The notes under the pieces: generated by a model | The model's input: only the letters and a program-made list of their open reading frames with translations | Told to the model about the DNA's origin: nothing | The model's database searches: none | Shown here: positions 61,157-64,000 of the stretch, in pieces | Position numbering within the stretch: the stretch's first letter is position 1 | How the letters are laid out: every line of letters starts with the position of its first letter | From: Myxococcota bacterium | GTDB taxonomy: Bacteria; Myxococcota_A; UBA796; CAJQPC01 | Length of the DNA stretch: 64,000 nt | Direction of reading: 5' to 3' | Assembly: GCA_036229005.1 (NCBI GenBank) | Contig: JAZAMN010000014.1 | Location: 39,785-103,784 of the forward strand | Made by a program: the position numbers and the translations under genes

Positions 61157-62002
61157 ATGACCGAGAGCACCCAGAACGCCGACGGCCCGGAGCTGCAGGT
61201 CGATCGGATCATCGTCGGGGGTGGCCGCCGCTTTACGCTGATTGCGGGGCCCTGCGCCATCGAGTCGCAGGCGCTGTGCCTGGAGGTGGCCGAGCGTGTG
61301 GGGGAGATCTGCGAGAAGCTTGGGATCCCCTACATCTTCAAGGCCAGCTTCGACAAGGCGAACCGCACCAGCCTGTCCTCGTTCCGGGGTCCCGGTCTGG
61401 ATCGAGGTCTGAAGGCCCTGGAGGCTGTGAGCGGTGGGCTGGGGATCCCGGTGACCACGGACATCCACCTCCCCTCCCAGGCGGCGCCGGTGGCCGAGGT
61501 GGTGGATCTGCTGCAGATCCCGGCTTTCCTGTGCCGCCAGACGGACCTGCTGGTGGCGGCCGCGCAGACGGGCAGGCCGGTGAACGTGAAGAAGGGGCAG
61601 TTTTTGGCGCCGGGGGCGATGGCGCACGCGGTGGAGAAGCTCCGGGCCTCGGGCGACGGCGGGGTGATGCTGACGGAGCGGGGGAGCAGCTTCGGCCGGG
61701 GAGACCTGGTGGCCGACCTGCGCGGGCTGGCGGAGATGCGGGCGCTGGGCGTGCCGGTGTGCATGGACGCGACGCACGCCGCGCAGAAGCCCGGGGTGGA
61801 CGGGACGACGGGGGGAGACCGGCAGGTGGCGGAGCTGCTGGCGCGGGCGGCGGTCGCGGTCGGGGTGGATGCCCTGTTCCTGGAGGTGCACCCGGATCCG
61901 GAGCGCGCGCTGAGCGACGGGCCGAACATGGTGGCGCTGGAGCGGCTGCCGGCGCTGCTCGCTATGCTCCGGGACCTGGACGATGTCGTGAAGGAGCGCT
62001 GA
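61157..62002 (+). CDS. kdsA: KDO 8-phosphate synthase
   Basis: IAGPCAIE, KASFDKANRTS, QIPAFLCRQTDL, DATH, EVHPDP...SDG. Confidence 0.95.
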   Translation: MTESTQNADGPELQVDRIIVGGGRRFTLIAGPCAIESQALCLEVAERVGEICEKLGIPYIFKASFDKANRTSLSSFRGPGLDRGLKALEAVSGGLGIPVTTDIHLPSQAAPVAEVVDLLQIPAFLCRQTDLLVAAAQTGRPVNVKKGQFLAPGAMAHAVEKLRASGDGGVMLTERGSSFGRGDLVADLRGLAEMRALGVPVCMDATHAAQKPGVDGTTGGDRQVAELLARAAVAVGVDALFLEVHPDPERALSDGPNMVALERLPALLAMLRDLDDVVKER

Positions 62003-62003
62003 G

Positions 62004-62705
62004 ATGCTGATCGCCCTGCTCGTCGCCTGCGCGGCCCCCCAGGAGGGCGTGTGGTGGGTGGCGCTGTCGATGGAGGAGGAGGCGAGCTGCGCCCAGACGG
62101 TCGCCCACAACTTCCTGGACGCGTCGGTCCCCGAGACCGAGGATCCAGAGGACGCCTGGGAGCGCATCGGGCAGACCTGGGAGAGCCCCGCGGGCTTCTA
62201 CGTGCTGGTGACCCAGGGGCCCGATGGGCTGGTCTGGACGGGGCCGGACACGGTGTACCTGGGCGACGTGGAGGACGGCGCCTGGACGCTGCAGCACTAC
62301 GCCTACGAGGGCGAGAGCGCCTTGGACAGCCACCCCAGCGGCTACCACTTCCAGCAGGAGGGGGAGAGGAGCGTGACGCGCACGCTGGACCTGACCCAAG
62401 CGGGCCAGGTCCTGGAGGGGAACCTCACCATCAGCACCGTGGACTCTGCGCGCTACTCGGAGGTCGAGGGGTGGGGCGAGGAGCTCGGGCAGAGCTCACA
62501 GCTCCCAGCCTCCAGCTACCTGGAGGGGCCCGAGGGCGCCGTGGTGGCCAACACCCGGGAGGGGCTGGAGTGCGTGGACGACCCCTGCGTGCTGCAGGTG
62601 GAGGCGCAGTGCTCGTGGTCTGGCGGGGTGGTCGCGCAGCTCACGGGGCTGAGCGCCGAGGCCTTTGACGGCGTGCTCGACGCGGGCTTTGACGCGGGAG
62701 AGTAG
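62004..62705 (+). CDS. Hypothetical lipoprotein
   Basis: MLIALLVAC; abuts the kdsA stop; AAGGAG RBS. Confidence 0.7.
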   Translation: MLIALLVACAAPQEGVWWVALSMEEEASCAQTVAHNFLDASVPETEDPEDAWERIGQTWESPAGFYVLVTQGPDGLVWTGPDTVYLGDVEDGAWTLQHYAYEGESALDSHPSGYHFQQEGERSVTRTLDLTQAGQVLEGNLTISTVDSARYSEVEGWGEELGQSSQLPASSYLEGPEGAVVANTREGLECVDDPCVLQVEAQCSWSGGVVAQLTGLSAEAFDGVLDAGFDAGE

Positions 62706-62750
62706 CGGCGGATGGGGGAAGCGGGCGGTCCGCTGTTAGACTTGCAGGGA

Positions 62751-63653
62751 ATGTCCCTCCTCCCGCGCCGACCCGCTTCCGCCCCCCAGGGGCCGGGGCT
62801 CCGTCCGTCCAGGCCGGGGGACCGCCAGCCGGAGCCCGAGGGGCCGCGTCCGGTGTCGGTGCTCAGCGAGCTCAAGGTGCTCTGGGGGCACCGGGAGCTG
62901 CTGCTGCAGTTCGCGTTCAACGACCTCAAGCACCGCTACATCGGCAGCTTGATGGGCGTGTTCTGGATGGTGATCAACCCGATCATCGAGCTGGCGACCT
63001 ACACCTTTGTGTTCCACGTCCTGATGCGGCAGAACTTCACGCCCCAGGGCGGTGTGGTGCACTACTCGCTGTTCTTGTTCTGCGGGATGGTGGCCTGGTT
63101 CGCGGTGGCCGACGGCCTGACCCGGGCGACCAACTCCATCACGGGGCACGCGCACCTGATCAAGAAGGTGAACTTCCCGGCTGCGGTTCTGCCCGCGCAC
63201 ATGGTGCTCTCGGCGGTGTTCAACCAGGGCGTGCGCACGGCGATCCTGGCCCTGGGCGCGATCTTCCTGGGCAACGGCCTGAGCCTGCACTTTGCCCTGG
63301 TGCCGGTGTTCATCCTGCTGCAGACCCTGTTCGTGATGGGGCTGAGCTTCTTCCTGAGCACCGCGCAGGTCTACTTCCGGGACACCGCCCACTGGGTGAA
63401 CGCCTTCTTGCTGGCCTGGATGTTCATCACGCCGATCTTCTACCCGGCGGACGCCTACCCCCAGCAGGCGCAGCTCCTGCTGCAGCTCAACCCGCTGGCG
63501 CACGTGGTGGGCATCTACCAGGAGCTGATCCTGAATCAGCGCCTGCCCAACGTGCGGCAGATGATCCTGGTGACGATGTACTCGCTGGGGTTCTTCGTGG
63601 CGGGGTTCTCGATCTTTGTGCATCACCGGAAGAAGTTCGCGGATCTGGTGTGA
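62751..63653 (+). CDS. wzm: ABC-2 polysaccharide/O-antigen export permease
   Basis: DLKHRYIGSLMGVFW..INP, LIKKVNFP, FRD, TPIFYP, LNPL, FADLV. Confidence 0.92.
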   Translation: MSLLPRRPASAPQGPGLRPSRPGDRQPEPEGPRPVSVLSELKVLWGHRELLLQFAFNDLKHRYIGSLMGVFWMVINPIIELATYTFVFHVLMRQNFTPQGGVVHYSLFLFCGMVAWFAVADGLTRATNSITGHAHLIKKVNFPAAVLPAHMVLSAVFNQGVRTAILALGAIFLGNGLSLHFALVPVFILLQTLFVMGLSFFLSTAQVYFRDTAHWVNAFLLAWMFITPIFYPADAYPQQAQLLLQLNPLAHVVGIYQELILNQRLPNVRQMILVTMYSLGFFVAGFSIFVHHRKKFADLV

Positions 63654-64000
63654 GGAGTCAGGTAGCCGGGGGAGTCAGGTAGCCGGGGGGGTATCAGGTA
63701 TCGGGAGTCAGTATCGGGGGAGGATGCGGCGGTTCGAGCGCCGGGGATGGGGCGTGACGGCGGGGTCAGTGCCGGGGCCGATAGCGGGGCGCTGATACCC
63801 GAAAGCTGAGCGGGGTATCAGGTATCTGGAGTCAGGTATCTGGGGAGGCTGAGGCGGCTCGAGCGCCGGGGATGGGGCGAGACGGCGGGGGCAGTGCCGG
63901 GGCCGTTAGCGGGGCGCTGATACCCGAAACCTGCGCGGGGGGTCTCAGGTAACTGGAGGGAGGGCTCGGGGGATGATGCGGCGGTTCGGGCGCCGGGGGG
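63654..64000. repeat. G-rich tandem repeat array (about 124-127 bp units with GGGTATCAG...CTGATACCC inverted ends), truncated by window edge
   Basis: Units at 63689, 63813 and 63940; inverted motif at 63792-63800 and 63917-63925. Confidence 0.88.

Noticed and set aside
56254..61260. 1668-aa ORF and similar long shadow ORFs (34563-38333, 55827-59477, 53129-56086, 26239-28668)
   Set aside because: They are alternative-frame or antisense to well-supported genes and have low-complexity, biased composition, as expected from high GC3 bias.

Overview
High-GC, gene-dense chromosomal window. It is most likely from a Myxococcota-like bacterium; this is inferred from MYXO-CTERM-like tails, many Hanks kinase/FHA genes and Asp-rich calcium/metal-binding surface proteins. 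It holds about 52 CDS; I saw no rRNA, tRNA or CRISPR array. Recognisable content: a partial caspase-like gene; two FHA-wHTH + Ser/Thr kinase modules; a nikR-TonB receptor-two-lipoprotein operon with a clean NikR-type operator; three hybrid histidine kinases; two metallophosphoesterases; a beta-carbonic anhydrase; an NAD-linked formate dehydrogenase whose alpha subunit is a selenoprotein (in-frame UGA plus SECIS hairpin, split in the ORF track); topB; large repeat surface proteins; GNAT and macrodomain genes; UbiD; a PGM1-like ATP-grasp ligase; and a WcaJ-like sugar transferase, kdsA and wzm. Most notable unexplained signals: (1) a window-wide set of ultra-short, uncharged signal peptides, with the lipobox Cys at residue 8-13; (2) an intact but apparently catalytically dead tyrosine-recombinase homologue fused to a zinc finger, followed by tandem repeats, a perfect sigma-54 promoter and a small Pro-rich ORF with a duplicated motif; (3) two structured tandem-repeat arrays sharing a GGTATCAG motif; (4) a five-hairpin intergenic element. 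All family assignments come from motif recognition by eye; no database search was run.
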